A stretch of 57,028 nt of DNA from Octopus bimaculoides (taxonomy: Eukaryota): positions 87,037,747 through 87,094,774 of the forward strand of contig NC_068987.1 in the NCBI RefSeq assembly GCF_001194135.2. The letters run 5' to 3'. The translations under genes were made by a program, and so were the position numbers. The notes beneath the pieces were generated by a model that saw nothing but the letters and a program-made list of their open reading frames with translations, did no database searches and had not been told where the DNA came from. How positions within the stretch are numbered: position 1 is the first letter of the stretch; each line of letters begins with the position of its first letter. Positions 37,091-49,878 of the stretch are shown piece by piece.

Positions 37091-39269
37091 AATATTGATA
37101 AGCGCGTGAGAATGAATCTCGGAGCCCTCCAGTCACTGATGTGTAGCTTACATTATAAAAAATAAACAGGCATGCGTTTGTGCATATATATATACATATA
37201 TAGAAAGAGACCGAAACTAATTATGTACCAATTCTGTTTATCCTAAAGGCTTTTACTGTTCCATCTATTTATTTATTCATTCTTTCACGTTAACAGCGAG
37301 TAACCTTTATGCAAGTCAGCGCTGATCAATTAATTTTTTTCCCGTATTTCTTGAAACAACAAATAGATATAACTTGCTCTTTTCACAGGAAAATGAAATG
37401 GTGAACCTTGTCCGGATGCTTTTCTTTTCTTCCCACAAAGTGTAGACAATGTGGTTTACCCAGAGTGTCAATTTTTTTTTACCGTGAAGCACAAACTGTA
37501 GGTTATTTTATAATTTAACTTATGTGTAAAGGAAAACTGTATCAGTATCAAACTTATTGATTGCTACATATTGTCAATGATTTCACAATTGAACAAATCA
37601 GAGGACATTTTAATTCTATCCAGGGCTTCTGTACAAACAGATATAAGTTACTGTTCTGGTTAATGATTAAAAATCCACCACCTTGGAATCAATAAAGAAC
37701 TTTGAAATGTATCTTTTCGTTCTCACCATTTCATAATCACAAAGATAAACTAGAAGTACTCACAATATGTATCTTTCGTATCAAGCCTAAAAATGCATTT
37801 TTTTCCTCTAAATATCAAATCAAGTATTTTTAACGTTTGTGATAATAAAATTTAGCCTCTCTGACGAAAATTGTGTTACATACCTCGGTGAAATTTGCTA
37901 AAAACTATTCACAATAGAAGACGATAGCGATATAATTATAACAACACATGTAAGGAAAACCTGATATTTAATAAGGAATGCAACTGTATCAAACAATCTG
38001 ACACGAGTTGCTTCGACTTCATTCTGATGCCATATAACATCACTGACATTATTCACTCGTAGATTTATAAATTTCAAATGAAATTAATATCATGAACATA
38101 CAATGACACCAGGTTGCCAGTAATAGACAGACGTATTGGCTACGGTTTTAGTCTTAAGCCTTCAAAAAATCATAGAAATTAACCTTACTACGGTAGACTT
38201 CCATTACGTTACACTAGATTTTGCAAGCGGTTTACAAAACCTCTCGAGAAACCAAGCGAAACACGCTCCTTTATTAACATGTAAGTTATGCTACTTCCAT
38301 CCCACAGCATTAGAAAAGAACACTGAATCGTGTCCCAAATAAGAAAAAATTGAGACGCCTAATCCCTGCTAAAATAAACCATACTTGCAGGCCAAAAGAT
38401 GGCTTGGCTACCATACTACCCGCAACAGACAAAAAAGAGGCACCATAATATCACATGGTTTACTCTACCATTTTCCCCTCAATGTAATGTATAATATATG
38501 TAACTCTAATAGACAAAAAGTTCCCTCCTCACAAGATATAAACGCATTTTAAAAGAAGGATCCAAAATTTGCTAAAGATGCTGAAGTAAAGTATAATCAT
38601 AATATTGTACGTGCTCATCAAAGAAAGCGATGTCAAATATTCATTGTGAATCTCATTATCGTGGAAGCTCTAATTTGTGTAGAACAAGTTATTTCCTATG
38701 GAAAACGGAAAGTGGATACAACTTCTTCGTAAACATAACAGAATAAAAATGAACGGACACTGAAAGAACGGAGTTATGGATTACTTATCTACTTCGTTGA
38801 TCAACTTTATCAGATACTACTAAAATATTCCCATGCATTCGATTAACAGACTTAATTTTCATATTTCAATTATTCCTCGTCGTCTTTGGTGATGAAGGAT
38901 ACTTTTAATGGCACAAGCTCATGCGCTATTCACTTAAACAATATTTGCATCAGAAGGCTTTGATTTATGTCACAAAACCTCCTCCAACACACCGATATAT
39001 GTACATATGTATGTATGCAATAAATCTACTGATCAACAGCAAGGAGTTTAATATAAGATATACTGAGCGATATACACATTTGTAAACAAAGATTTGGTGT
39101 CTAAAAGGAATAGTGATATCACAGTAAATAAATCATACATCACTTTCTCGCTGTAAGGCTAGAGAGGTATGATTCATTTACTGCAAGTGAGTCCGTTGTG
39201 ATGTTTCATTATAAATTGCTGCTTGCACACGTTTAAAGGCGCATATAAAAGCATGTTTCAATATACAGA

Positions 39270-39364
<95 letters not shown>

Positions 39365-40727
39365 CATACATGCATATANNNNNNNNNNNNNNNNNNNNNN
39401 NNNNNNNNNNNNNNNNNNNNNNNNNNNNNNNNNNNNNNNNNNNNNNNNNNNNNNNNNNNNNNNNNNNNNNNNNNNNNNNNNNNNNNNNNNNNNNNNNNNN
39501 NNNNNNNNNNNNNNNNNNNNNNNNNNNNNNNNNNNNNNNNNNNNNNNNNNNNNNNNNNNNNNNNNNNNNNNNNNNNNNNNNNNNNNNNNNNNNNNNNNNN
39601 NNNNNNNNNNNNNNNNNNNNNNNNNNNNNNNNNNNNNNNNNNNNNNNNNNNNNNNNNNNNNNNNNNNNNNNNNNNNNNNNNNNNNNNNNNNNNNNNNNNN
39701 NNNNNNNNNNNNNNNNNNNNNNNNNNNNNNNNNNNNNNNNNNNNNNNNNNNNNNNNNNNNNNNNNNNNNNNNNNNNNNNNNNNNNNNNNNNNNNNNNNNN
39801 NNNNNNNNNNNNNNNNNNNNNNNNNNNNNNNNNNTATATATATATATATATATATATATATGCATATATATATGTGTGTATGTATGTACCCGTGCGGGAA
39901 AGTATGTTTATCTAACAGCAGCAGAGGTTTTAAATAGCTGTTATGTTGCTCTAAACTAACCGGCTTTAACAACACTATGAGTAATAAAAGTCATGGTCAA
40001 TTAAACCCATGTTTGTAATGCTAAACAGTATCCTCTATAAGTGGTTGCTCTTCTTCCTAGATATAGCCGTCAAAACTGTTTCATTTTAACTCTTCTGTCG
40101 TACGTCAAAAAGGCTACTGTGGATAATGTAGTCATTAATAATCTAAACATGAATTTGTAATGGCTAGAACAAATTTCATTTTTCATCTGAGAAACACAGA
40201 CGCTGACGTACAGTAGCATAAAGGACCACCACATCCTCGTTTAGGCTTAGCAGCCCTTCCTGTTTGTTTTCACCGTCCTGCTTGTGTTACCTATTTTGAC
40301 CCTCCGCAAAAACCCAAATTTTATTTAATTTGCTTTGAGAGAGCAATTGTTTTTTACAAAGCGTATATTGTTGTTAAATGCTCGACTAGAGAAACAGCCA
40401 GCAACTGATGAAGGGTCGTTCTTTATGTCTGTTTTGTTTTCCATTTGTGTCTTTCGTTGTTCGAAAGAAAAGTTCATGTTCCACGTACTCATGTTTCGTA
40501 CTACTTAATGTAAACGTTTGGTGAGGTCCTGTGCCAACATATGCATATATATATATATATATAAAGTCGTAGTATATTGTCAACTTAATGTGACAATCCC
40601 AATAAGGGAACACACTACTGCCGTTTAGCCCTAGGAAGCTGGACCGCTTCCTGTCGGCCTTGATACAATTACTGTGTCCTTAAGTTTGCGAGGGGGAGAC
40701 AAGCTCCTCCACCCAGCCTAGCCAGCA

Positions 40728-40770
40728 TTCAGGGACATGTTTCTGAGTCTTTGCTCGTCATCAGCCTGAA
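40728..40770 (-). ncRNA. Minimal type I hammerhead ribozyme
   Basis: TTCAGG-CTGATGA-CGAGCAAAGACTCA-GAAAC-AT-GTC-CCTGAA: 6-bp helix I, GAG/CTC helix II, palindromic ACATGT helix III, GUC site. Confidence 0.8.
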
Positions 40771-41159
40771 GTAGCTTGCCAGCTAGATAGAGAAGCCTGT
40801 TTCGCCTTCGCAAACTTATATAAATCATAGTGAAGTTTATTCACTGATCAGCAAAATTAGAAATATAATATTTCTAAATCTCTCAGAGAGATTTAAGCAG
40901 TAGTGGAGCGATAAAGTTGTAGTATATTGTCAACTTAATNNNNNNNNNNNNNNNNNNNNNNNNNNNNNNNNNNNNNNNNNNNNNNNNNNNNNNNNNNNNC
41001 GTAGTATATTGTCAACTTAATGTGACAATCCCAATAAGGGAACACACTACTGCCGTTTAGCCCTAGGAAGCTGGACCGCTTCCTGTCGGCCTTGATACAA
41101 TTACTGTGTCCTTAAGTTTGCGAGGGGGAGACAAGCTCCTCCACCCAGCCTAGCCAGCA

Positions 41160-41202
41160 TTCAGGGACATGTTTCTGAGTCTTTGCTCGTCATCAGCCTG
41201 AA
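41160..41202 (-). ncRNA. Minimal type I hammerhead ribozyme, second identical copy
   Basis: Identical to 40728-40770; may be an assembly duplicate. Confidence 0.7.
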
Positions 41203-41447
41203 GTAGCTTGCCAGCTAGATAGAGAAGCCTGTTTCGCCTTCGCAAACTTATATAAATCATAGTGAAGTTTATTCACTGATCAGCAAAATTAGAAATATAA
41301 TATTTCTAAATCTCTCAGAGAGATTTAAGCAGTAGTGGAGCGATAAAGTTGTAGTATATTGTCAACTTAATATATATATATATGTAAATATATAAAAACA
41401 AAAAGATAAACAGAGCAAATGTAAGGTTGAAGAATTTTATGGATAGA

Positions 41448-41496
41448 GTCTTACAGCTGTTTCTGGGAAGATCCAGTACTTCCCTTCATCGGAGAC
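41448..41496 (-). ncRNA. Variant type I hammerhead ribozyme (U4C)
   Basis: GTCT-CCGATGA-AGGGAAGTACTGGATCTTCCCA-GAAAC-AGCT-GTA-AGAC: helix I GTCT/AGAC, 6-bp helix II, palindromic ACAGCTGT, GUA site. Confidence 0.65.
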
Positions 41497-42283
41497 AGAA
41501 AATATAAAGTAATCTATTATTATATCCATAGGCGGATATTTTTAGTATGAAGTGGTAAAGAGTGTGATGTGCTGAAAAAGAGAGAACAGTACTTGAAGTG
41601 TAGTTTCATTCCAGTGGTAAATATCCGCGTAGAAATTCGTGCAAAGTAATCCTTGCGTGAATAATCCGGAAATTTATGTTGGAACGAAAGTTGATATAGC
41701 ATAGATAGCAGAGGTATATATATTCCATATTGCGATGGATTTTTGCTTGTTTACTTGAAGAATATCCAAGTCAAGTGAAAAGTTAGCGGTAATTAGGTCA
41801 AGTCAAGAAGATAGAATGTGAAAGGGGATAGACGAGATATAGAGGCGGAGAATGGTAGCGATATATTTATGGTCAATTGGTCTTAACAGGGTAGAGGGGA
41901 TGAGCATATAGAGTGAAGGAGGAATAGGGGGTGAGGTTAAAAGGTCTAGTGAGTAGGAAGGAATGCGTGTGTGTAGTATATAGGTGGTGGGGGTATGAGT
42001 GATAAACCAAGGACAGAGATAAAGGAAAGCGATGGGTGGGAAAGGTAGTTAGTAGTATATTTTAAGATGCTGCCAAGCCTATTTATAGACGGTGGAAAGG
42101 GATCGAAAGAGGTGACGTAGTCTGTTTGTGTATGTGGTGTTCTTGTGAAATTGAGAATATGAGAAATAGATTTGGTGGTATATGTGTAGTGAGATGATCG
42201 AAAGGAAATAATCCTATTCAAAAGATGGTGAAAGATGGATGTTTTTGCCAGGTTGAATAGGTTGCCTGTGGGGGGTTGTGTTA

Positions 42284-42760
42284 TTATGTTGCGTGATCAT
42301 TTGTGCAATTTTGCTTGTGATAGAACCTGAATGTGTGGAAAGAGCGGTGTTTGCAGTTGCTAAACGCTTCGTTATATCGATTAAGTAGAATGGGAGAATT
42401 GTATTTTAAAATATGGAACGCCTCCGTTAGGCAAAGCTTGCAATTGGAGCGCTGGCCCTGGTGTGGAGTTCCAGAGTCTAAGATGGAACATTTTAAGGTG
42501 TATTGGGTATTTTTGTTTTTGAGGTGATGAATATGATTGGCTAATGTTGTAGATTTACTGTGTTTGTCGTGTCTAAAAGAGTGCATATGGGCTGCGTAGC
42601 GATGTTTAAAGTTTATAGTTGCACCAATGTACGTGGCAGTAGAGTTAATGTAATAGATTTTTGACGGTGCATTTATATATTACATTGTATCTTACGCAAT
42701 GTGTTTGAAACGGACAGATAGTCCCGGAGCGACAGTTACAAGTGTAGGAGGCTAGAGGGT
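42284..42760 (-). pseudogene. Penelope-type GIY-YIG endonuclease domain (frameshifted)
   Basis: TCNCRSGTICPFQTHCVRYNVIYKCTV / TYIGATINFKHRYAAHMHSFRH...STTLANHIHHLK...CKLCLTEAFHIL...LLNRYNEAFSNCKH. Confidence 0.88.
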
Positions 42761-45019
42761 TGCGTATGCTTGTGGTTGAGTTATTATTATTGGAGGATAT
42801 GTTATTAAGAGATGTGTAGGAATCTAGATTAGTGGAATTATTGTTATGGCTATTAGTCCTATCAGTGTTATTATTGGTATTGTTATTATNNNNNNNNNNN
42901 NNNNNNNNNNNNNNNNNNNNNNNNNNNNNNNTCTGTGCATGTTGTAATTAAGGTGTTTAAGTGGAGGGCAGTTATCTATACTTTTGGTAGGGCTAGCTGA
43001 TTTAAACATCTTAGATTTAGCCCTAGTGTTATAGGTGTGATTGTGGGGTCGGTTTGGGTATGTGGGTGGTTGGTTGTGGTTTTGATTGATGCGATGTCTT
43101 TGGGGTGCGATTTATGATATAAATTGTTTAAGTCTGGTGTTATGGATGTATTTTATTTGTTGTGAGAAACCGCTAGCCGCTAGTACTTGGTTGTAGTATG
43201 GAGCGTGATTGTTAAATATTTCTTCAGAAGAGGATAGATCAGATAAGCGGGTAGATATATATATATATATATATATATATANNNNNNNNNNNNNNNNNNN
43301 NNNNNNNNNNNNNNNNNNNNNNNNNNNNNNNNNNNNNNNNNNNNNNNNNNNNNNNNNNNNNNNNNNNNNNNNNNNNNNNNNNNNNNNNNNNNNNNNNNNN
43401 NNNNNNNNNNNNNNNNNNNNNNNNNNNNNNNNNNNNNNNNNNNNNNNNNNNNNNNNNNNNNNNNNNNNNNNNNNNNNNNNNNNNNNNNNNNNNNNNNNNN
43501 NNNNNNNNNNNNNNNNNNNNNNNNNNNNNNNNNNNNNNNNNNNNNNNNNNNNNNNNNNNNNNNNNNNNNNNNNNNNNNNNNNNNNNNNNNNNNNNNNNNN
43601 NNNNNNNNNNNNNNNNNNNNNNNNNNNNNNNNNNNNNNNNNNNNNNNNNNNNNNNNNNNNNNNNNNNNNNNNNNNNNNNNNNNNNNNNNNNNNNNNNNNN
43701 NNNNNNNNNNNNNNNNNNNNNNNNNNNNNNNNNNNNNNNNNNNNNNNNNNNNNNNNNNNNNNNNNNNNNNNNNNNNNNNNNNNNNNNNNNNNNNNNNNNN
43801 NNNNNNNNNNNNNNNNNNNNNNNNNNNNNNNNNNNNNNNNNNNNNNNNNNNNNNNNNNNNNNNNNNNNNNNNNNNNNNNNNNNNNNNNNNNNNNNNNNNN
43901 NNNNNNNNNNNNNNNNNNNNNNNNNNNNNNNNNNNNNNNNNNNNNNNNNNNNNNNNNNNNNNNNNNNNNNNNNNNNNNNNNNNNNNNNNNNNNNNNNNNN
44001 NNNNNNNNNNNNNNNNNNNNNNNNNNNNNNNNNNNNNNNNNNNNNNNNNNNNNNNNNNNNNNNNNNNNATATATATATATATATATATATATATAACACA
44101 ATGAATGTTTGCGCATATCTGTGCGTGAAAAATTGAAGAACTAAAGTTTACCAATAAGTCGATATTCGGTGACAAGAATCATAAGAAAGAAAGAGAAATA
44201 CGACAAGAGGTATGAAGAATGATAACATAGCAAAGAAGAGGAATGAAGATAGGAAAAGTTAGAGAAATATATGGTGTGGCTCAAAAAGAAAACGAGTAAA
44301 AGAATAGCTAAAATGATGCAAAAAAGAAAACGTTGACCAAACAAAAATAAAGAGATTAGTTGCTGGAAATATATCCACAGTTGTTGTTGTCCGATATATT
44401 GAAGTATCAACACAGGAATGAATGTAAATATTATTAAAAATAGATTGAAAGGCAACAATAATTAAAGCATCCAACAAGAATACGTTCCAAAATAATATTT
44501 ACTGCTTCTATCCTGTAGATATATGAATATTGTTTGCCAATTCCATAATACTAAATATTTCTTATCAGAGTGTCTTTCACATGGTAAAGTCAATAACTGC
44601 TGTCAAAACCGTAAAATCCGATTATCTAGCTGTATGAAAAACAGCTCCATATCTTGGTAGGATTTTGAACAACCTAAAGAATCATAATAAACACTTCAAA
44701 GACAAGATATATCTTACATCTATACAGTTTCCTCAGCTTCAGTGAGAACTCAGACAACTTTCTTACGAAGTTGTGGTCTATACTGTTGTACGCTCATGGT
44801 CAAAACTTCTTATGCAGTCTACTGCTGGGGAACACCAAGACCCTCTATTATTTTTTTTTTTTACCAATTTCACACAGTTGATTCGTTATTGGCCACAATT
44901 ACTGGAACATGTAATCTGAGTAAGGGAAGATACAAACCTCAAAATACGACTAATTTATATCAGAAAGTCAGGGCAAGGAACTTGTATTCTTACGGTTTCA
45001 AAATGTTAAACGTTGAAAG

Positions 45020-45120
45020 TGTACATTATTTACATTTGACGGATATTTGTCCTCATCTTGTTTGTTGTCAACACAACGTTTCGGCTGATATACCTTCCAT
45101 CCTTCATCAGTGACCTGAAT

Positions 45121-45121
<1 letters not shown>
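45020..45121 (-). mobile_element. Family D copy 2, hammerhead core intact
   Basis: Minus strand CTGATGA-AGGATGGAAGGTATATCAGCC-GAAAC-GTT-GTGTT (45070-45114), fused to an inverted CAGTGACCTGAAT(AAT)n module. Confidence 0.75.
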
Positions 45122-45185
<64 letters not shown>

Positions 45186-45729
45186 TGAGGAATATATTCA
45201 CAGACACGACACAGCTGGGACCTACATACACTGGAAGCTATGCCAACACTATGGAATAACAACAGAAAAAAGATGGTGTACTCACACGCCAGAAAAGGTC
45301 ACAGAAAACGAGAAAGCAACTATACTCTGGGATATGCCAAAACTCATAGATATAGAAATTAAGGCAAATAGACCAGATATAGTTGTCAAAGATCATGAAG
45401 AAAAAAAAACCCTTCTAATTAATATATCAATACCAGCAGATGACAACGTTTCCCTAAAAGAAATGGAGAAACTTTCAATAGAGGTAACTCGAATGTGGAA
45501 TCTAAAAACAGAAACAATTCCTATCATAGTAGGTGCCTTAGGTATGATAAAAAAATATTCAGACAAATACATAACAATAACACCAGGACTTACAAATATA
45601 TATAACATCCAGAAAATTGCACTACTGGGCACAGCACACATCACAGCATCACAGCAAACCACAGCACATACCCAAGACACACAGAGCTGCGCTCGGTAGT
45701 GAAAGCACGCTATAAAAATAGAATTACTA
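45186..45729 (+). mobile_element. R4/Dong-type LINE family 2, longer 5'-truncated copy
   Basis: RHDTAGTYIHWKLCQHYGI...KATILWDMP...IKANRPDIVVKDHEEKKTLLINISIPADDN...; same 3' UTR as 32385-32769; (AAT)n on both sides. Confidence 0.92.
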
Positions 45730-45757
45730 AATAATAATAATAATAATAATAATAATG

Positions 45758-45827
<70 letters not shown>

Positions 45828-47262
45828 CAGAAATGCAGTGTTGATTACTTGTTTTCTTACTCAGTATATATCTTGAACTTGTAAACGTACCACACGAGCG
45901 GTTTTTTACCGATTTCCCTTCTTTTTATTTCCCTTTTCTCACTTCTCTTTCTCCTCAGTCTCTCCTGTATTTTCCTTTCGTACCAAAACGAGAGACTATG
46001 TCCGAAGCATTCTACCTTTATTTTATGACAATAATACGTAACTTTTCTTCTTTCTTTGAGCTCCACCCTAATAATATTAAGTTTGAACATCCCCGAGACT
46101 TTCATGATATTTAGTTGTTGGATTTGCTTTGTTATACACACCTACAGATGTGTGTGTATGTGTATGTGTATGTGTGTGTGCGTGTGCGTGTGTACGTGTG
46201 CGTGTGTACGTGTGCGTGTGTAGGTGTCATGCACATACTCAACCAGATCATTTACAATTTTTGAAACAATATACTGACATTTTTTTTATTAAAGACCAAC
46301 AGAAAAAAAAAATTGCTTGTATGTCAAAATAGTAATAAATGTTTCCTGACGGCTATGTTTCTGCAAGTGATACTGTGATATTTAAATATATAAACAAATA
46401 TAACATTTCACCGTGGTTATAAACAATAAAAGCCCAGCGGATGAAGCAAGTGAACGAATACAAATGGAAGATAAAGCCAAAACGTAACACGAAGAACAAA
46501 ACCAAGAACATTACAGGAAAACTGATCCATTTTTGCGTAGTTAAAGGAGATTTTTTTTCTACTGACATTTCTTGAAGTTTAGCTGACATGAGTTGTGTAT
46601 ACGTGTGCTTGTGTGCATTTGAGCGTACGGGTGCGTGTGAATTTATAAACTATGAACTTTACTTTCTCCCAGAAAGCCTATTCCTCTGTATGTATGTATG
46701 TGTATATATATATATATATATATAAGAAAATGGAGAAGAAATATAGTGGATACTTTGTTAATTTTATTTGTATCACGATGAAAAAAAGTAATACATATCA
46801 GATTCACGATGTAGAGGAAGCGAATAAACAATAGAAATAAACATAAAAGAATTCTACATATGTTTCAATCCGACCATTAGGTTCAGATCATCACCATTCA
46901 AGCGATGTTAGATGTAAAATGAGTATGAACAGGTATATATGTATGACAATGTGTATAGATATCATTACATCTATACCTATATATACATTGATAAACATGG
47001 CTTCTAATTCTAAACCAGTGAGCCTCAACCAGGGTCCACATGACCTGAGAGTCCATATAAGAAAATGCACGGCAACATATAATAAGGGGTTAACGAAAGC
47101 ATTTTACTCTACATGTATTCATTGCAAGAAACAACTAGGTTTTCTTTATCTAATGTTTAACTTATTCGAGCATGTTTTTGGACAGTGAGCCATCTTCCCT
47201 CAAAGAGTTCTACTGAAAACCTAAACAAATGAATGAGTGAAAAGCAAAATAGGAATTTTCAC

Positions 47263-47661
47263 AGGCGCAGGCGTGGCTGTGTTAGGATTTCAGTACCACC
47301 TTCGGCAAGTATCTTCTACTATAGCCTCTGATTGGATTTGGTAGACAGAAACTGAAAGAAGCTCGTCATATATGTGTGTGTGTCTATGTTTGTGTTTCAG
47401 TGTCTATATGTGTGCGTGAGTGTCTATGTGTGTATTTTCCTGTTTGTCTTTGTCTCACCCACCACCACCACTTGACAACCGGTGTTGGCGTATTTACGTC
47501 CCCGTAATATAGCGTTTCGACAGAAGTGATCGATAGAATAAGTACCAGGTTTGAAACATGTAAGTACTGAGGTTGATTCACTCGACTGAAAATTCTTTAA
47601 GGTGGTGCCCCAGCATGGCCGCAGTCTAATGACTGAAACAAGCAAAAGAAGAGAAAAAATG
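47263..47661 (+). mobile_element. SINE family B with 18-bp TSD
   Basis: AAAGCAAAATAGGAATTT at 47241-47258 and 47662-47679. Confidence 0.92.
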
Positions 47662-47766
47662 AAAGCAAAATAGGAATTTCCAAAGAAGTATGCATAGAAA
47701 TCCATTTCAAACATCGAATTGTTATGCGGGGGTCCACCAGAAAAGAAAAATAGTTAACAAACATTT

Positions 47767-48130
47767 CTATATTTAAGAGATGAGGAATTATGTACATTAT
47801 TTACATTATTTACATTTGACGGATATTCGTCCTCATCTTGTTTGTTGTTAACATACCGTTTCGGCTGAAATGCCCTCCAGCCTTCCTCAGGTGTCTTGGG
47901 GAAATTTCGAACCTGGGTTCTCATTCCTAAGGTATTTTTCAATGTTATTCCAGGCAGTGACCAGAATAATAATAACAATAATAATGATGATGATGATTTT
48001 ATTATTATTATTATCATCATCATCATCATTATTATTCTTATTATTATTATTCTGGTCACTACCTGGAATAACATTGAAAAATACCTTAGGAACGAGAACC
48101 CAGGTTCAAAATGTAAATAATGTAAATAAA
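47767..48130 (-). mobile_element. Family D copy 3 with inverted duplication (foldback)
   Basis: GACAC-CTGAGGA-AGGCTG...CAGCC-GAAAC-GGTATGTT (47850-47895); 62-bp inverted arms at 47909-47970 and 48046-48107. Confidence 0.85.
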
Positions 48131-48194
48131 GTAATCAAACTAAAAAATAAATCGATGAAAATAACTGGTATAAATTAACACTGTGACTATTGAC

Positions 48195-48517
48195 GGTGAA
48201 GGCGCGTTGCTTAGTGGTTAGGGAATTCGACTCACGATCGTAAGGTCGTGAGTTCAATTCCCGGCGACGTGTTGTATCCTTGAGCAAGATACTTTACTTC
48301 ATGTTGCTCCACTCCACTCGGCTGACAAAAATGAGATGTACCTGCATTTCAAAGGGGCCAGCCTTGTTACACTGTGTCACGCTGAATCTCCTTGAGAACT
48401 GCGTGACGAGTACAAGTGTCTGTGGAATGCTCAGCCACTTGCACGTTAATTTCAAAAGCAAGCTCTTCCGTTGATCGTATCAGGTGGGTCATTCGTCGTC
48501 GTAACCGACGGAGAGCT
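48195..48517 (+). mobile_element. SINE family C (CORE-like)
   Basis: GGTGAAGGCGCGTTGCTTAGTGGTTAGGG head, GAGTTCAATTCCC, CCTTGAGCAAGATACTTTAC CORE-like segment, and tail. Confidence 0.9.
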
Positions 48518-48959
48518 CTTTTTTTTTTTTTTTTAGCTATTNNNNNNNNNNAGAGCTCTTTTTTTTTTTTTTTTAGCTATTGACAGTAAATAAATTATGC
48601 AGCTTATTCAAATAGAAAGAAAATATTTTAGATTGCATGAAACCTTACGACCTCGTTGCTGTTCCTGCAACTCAAGTTGTTGTTTGCATCTGTTTAGTTT
48701 TTATAAACCCATTCATTTGCCATTACTTTCATACACGCGTATAGAAAACGTAGACGCGTACACACTCGCACATACAGGTTTGCACACACGTACACACACA
48801 CATGTATGTGTTTGAGTATGTAAGTGGCGGTTGTTGACGTGTGTATATTTTGAATGTTAAAAGCTTTACGTTGTACAACAATACACTAATATATAAAACA
48901 CATTATATTATAATATATTATAAAACACACTAATATATTATCACATTTAAATGTTCAGT

Positions 48960-49665
48960 CCCTCTCTCTCTCTCTTTCTCTCGCTCTCTCTCTCTCTCGC
49001 CCACACGCACTCTCTCTCTATCTATCTATCTCTATCTCGTTTCATAAATACACACCACTCCTCTCTCTCACATTCCTTGGCATTCTCTTTTTTTAATTTC
49101 CCTACTTTCCTCAGTTACCTCCCTGTACTTACCCTCTCTCTCTCTCTCTCTCTCTCTAGTTTTTTTCCTAATTCTCCAATCCCTCTGCTCCCTACTTCTC
49201 TCTGTTCCTACCACGTGACCAGTGCTTGGCCAATCATGGTTTTTCTTTCTTAGCTCGACCGCCGCTTGCACAACACCTTATTTTCCTGTCTCCTGACTCT
49301 TACCTACGTTTGTTGCCCCAAGGCTTCCACTTCACACGCCAGCTTAACTCAACTTGTCCTTTTAGGCGAAAGACACCTGTTGTTGTTCTTGTTTGTATTT
49401 GTAATCGTGTAACATTGTTTCCGTTTATTTGTTTCTTTTTTTCCGTGTCGTTGCACATATTCGCCCGCTTTCTTCCAAAAATTGAATGCCCTTAGCTTAG
49501 ATTTTTGGGGCTTATCAATTTTGAACAGTCTCAAATGTAACATGCTGAAATTGTAGTGATAGTTGGAAGCTTCACTGATGAATAGAAAGTCACGAATGTT
49601 CCGTCCCGGTTATTTCCTATCCGTCTTTGTATGTTTTTAATATCGTCCGTTACGTTCTCGTTCCG
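48960..49665. mobile_element. Unclassified CT-rich LTR-like element ending at (TA)n
   Basis: Same motif order as 2330-3022; ends ...CCGTTA(TA)n. Confidence 0.3.
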
Positions 49666-49878
49666 TTATATATATATATATATATAGTAGGTGGTTAGAT
49701 GCAATTCAAGACCAAAAAGAAAATAATTCACAATCACTAAAATGCTATGAAGAGTGCAGGAATCACAAGCATTGCTAGAAATAGCAGTCAAAGAACTCTT
49801 TGGCCACAAAAGCAATGTGCTTATTTCTAGTAATGCTGGTGAACTCTGCACCCTCTATCAATGCTTTTAGTACATTGT

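Larger units (their letters stand above)
40561..41370 (-). mobile_element. Retrozyme-like or Penelope pseudo-LTR unit (350 bp), two copies around a gap
   Basis: Identical copies at 40561-40939 and about 41000-41370. Each has a terminal direct repeat ATAAAGTYGTAGTATATTGTCAACTTAA, no ORF and a hammerhead motif. (TA)n lies outside both ends. Confidence 0.75.
41371..44490 (-). mobile_element. Penelope-like retroelement (decayed, interrupted by gaps)
   Basis: RLSDLSSSEEIFNNHAPYYNQVLAASGF (43130-43255), an Asn-rich linker, then the GIY-YIG region. Boundaries are approximate, especially beyond the gap. Confidence 0.8.

Noticed and set aside
38500-38735. Partial frame KKDPKFAKDAEVKYNHNIVRAHQRKRCQ
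   Set aside because: Short, no splice support, no recognisable homology.
40561-41370. Short direct repeats with spacers suggesting CRISPR
   Set aside because: Eukaryotic context, identical spacers and no cas genes; explained as terminal redundancy of a retroelement unit.
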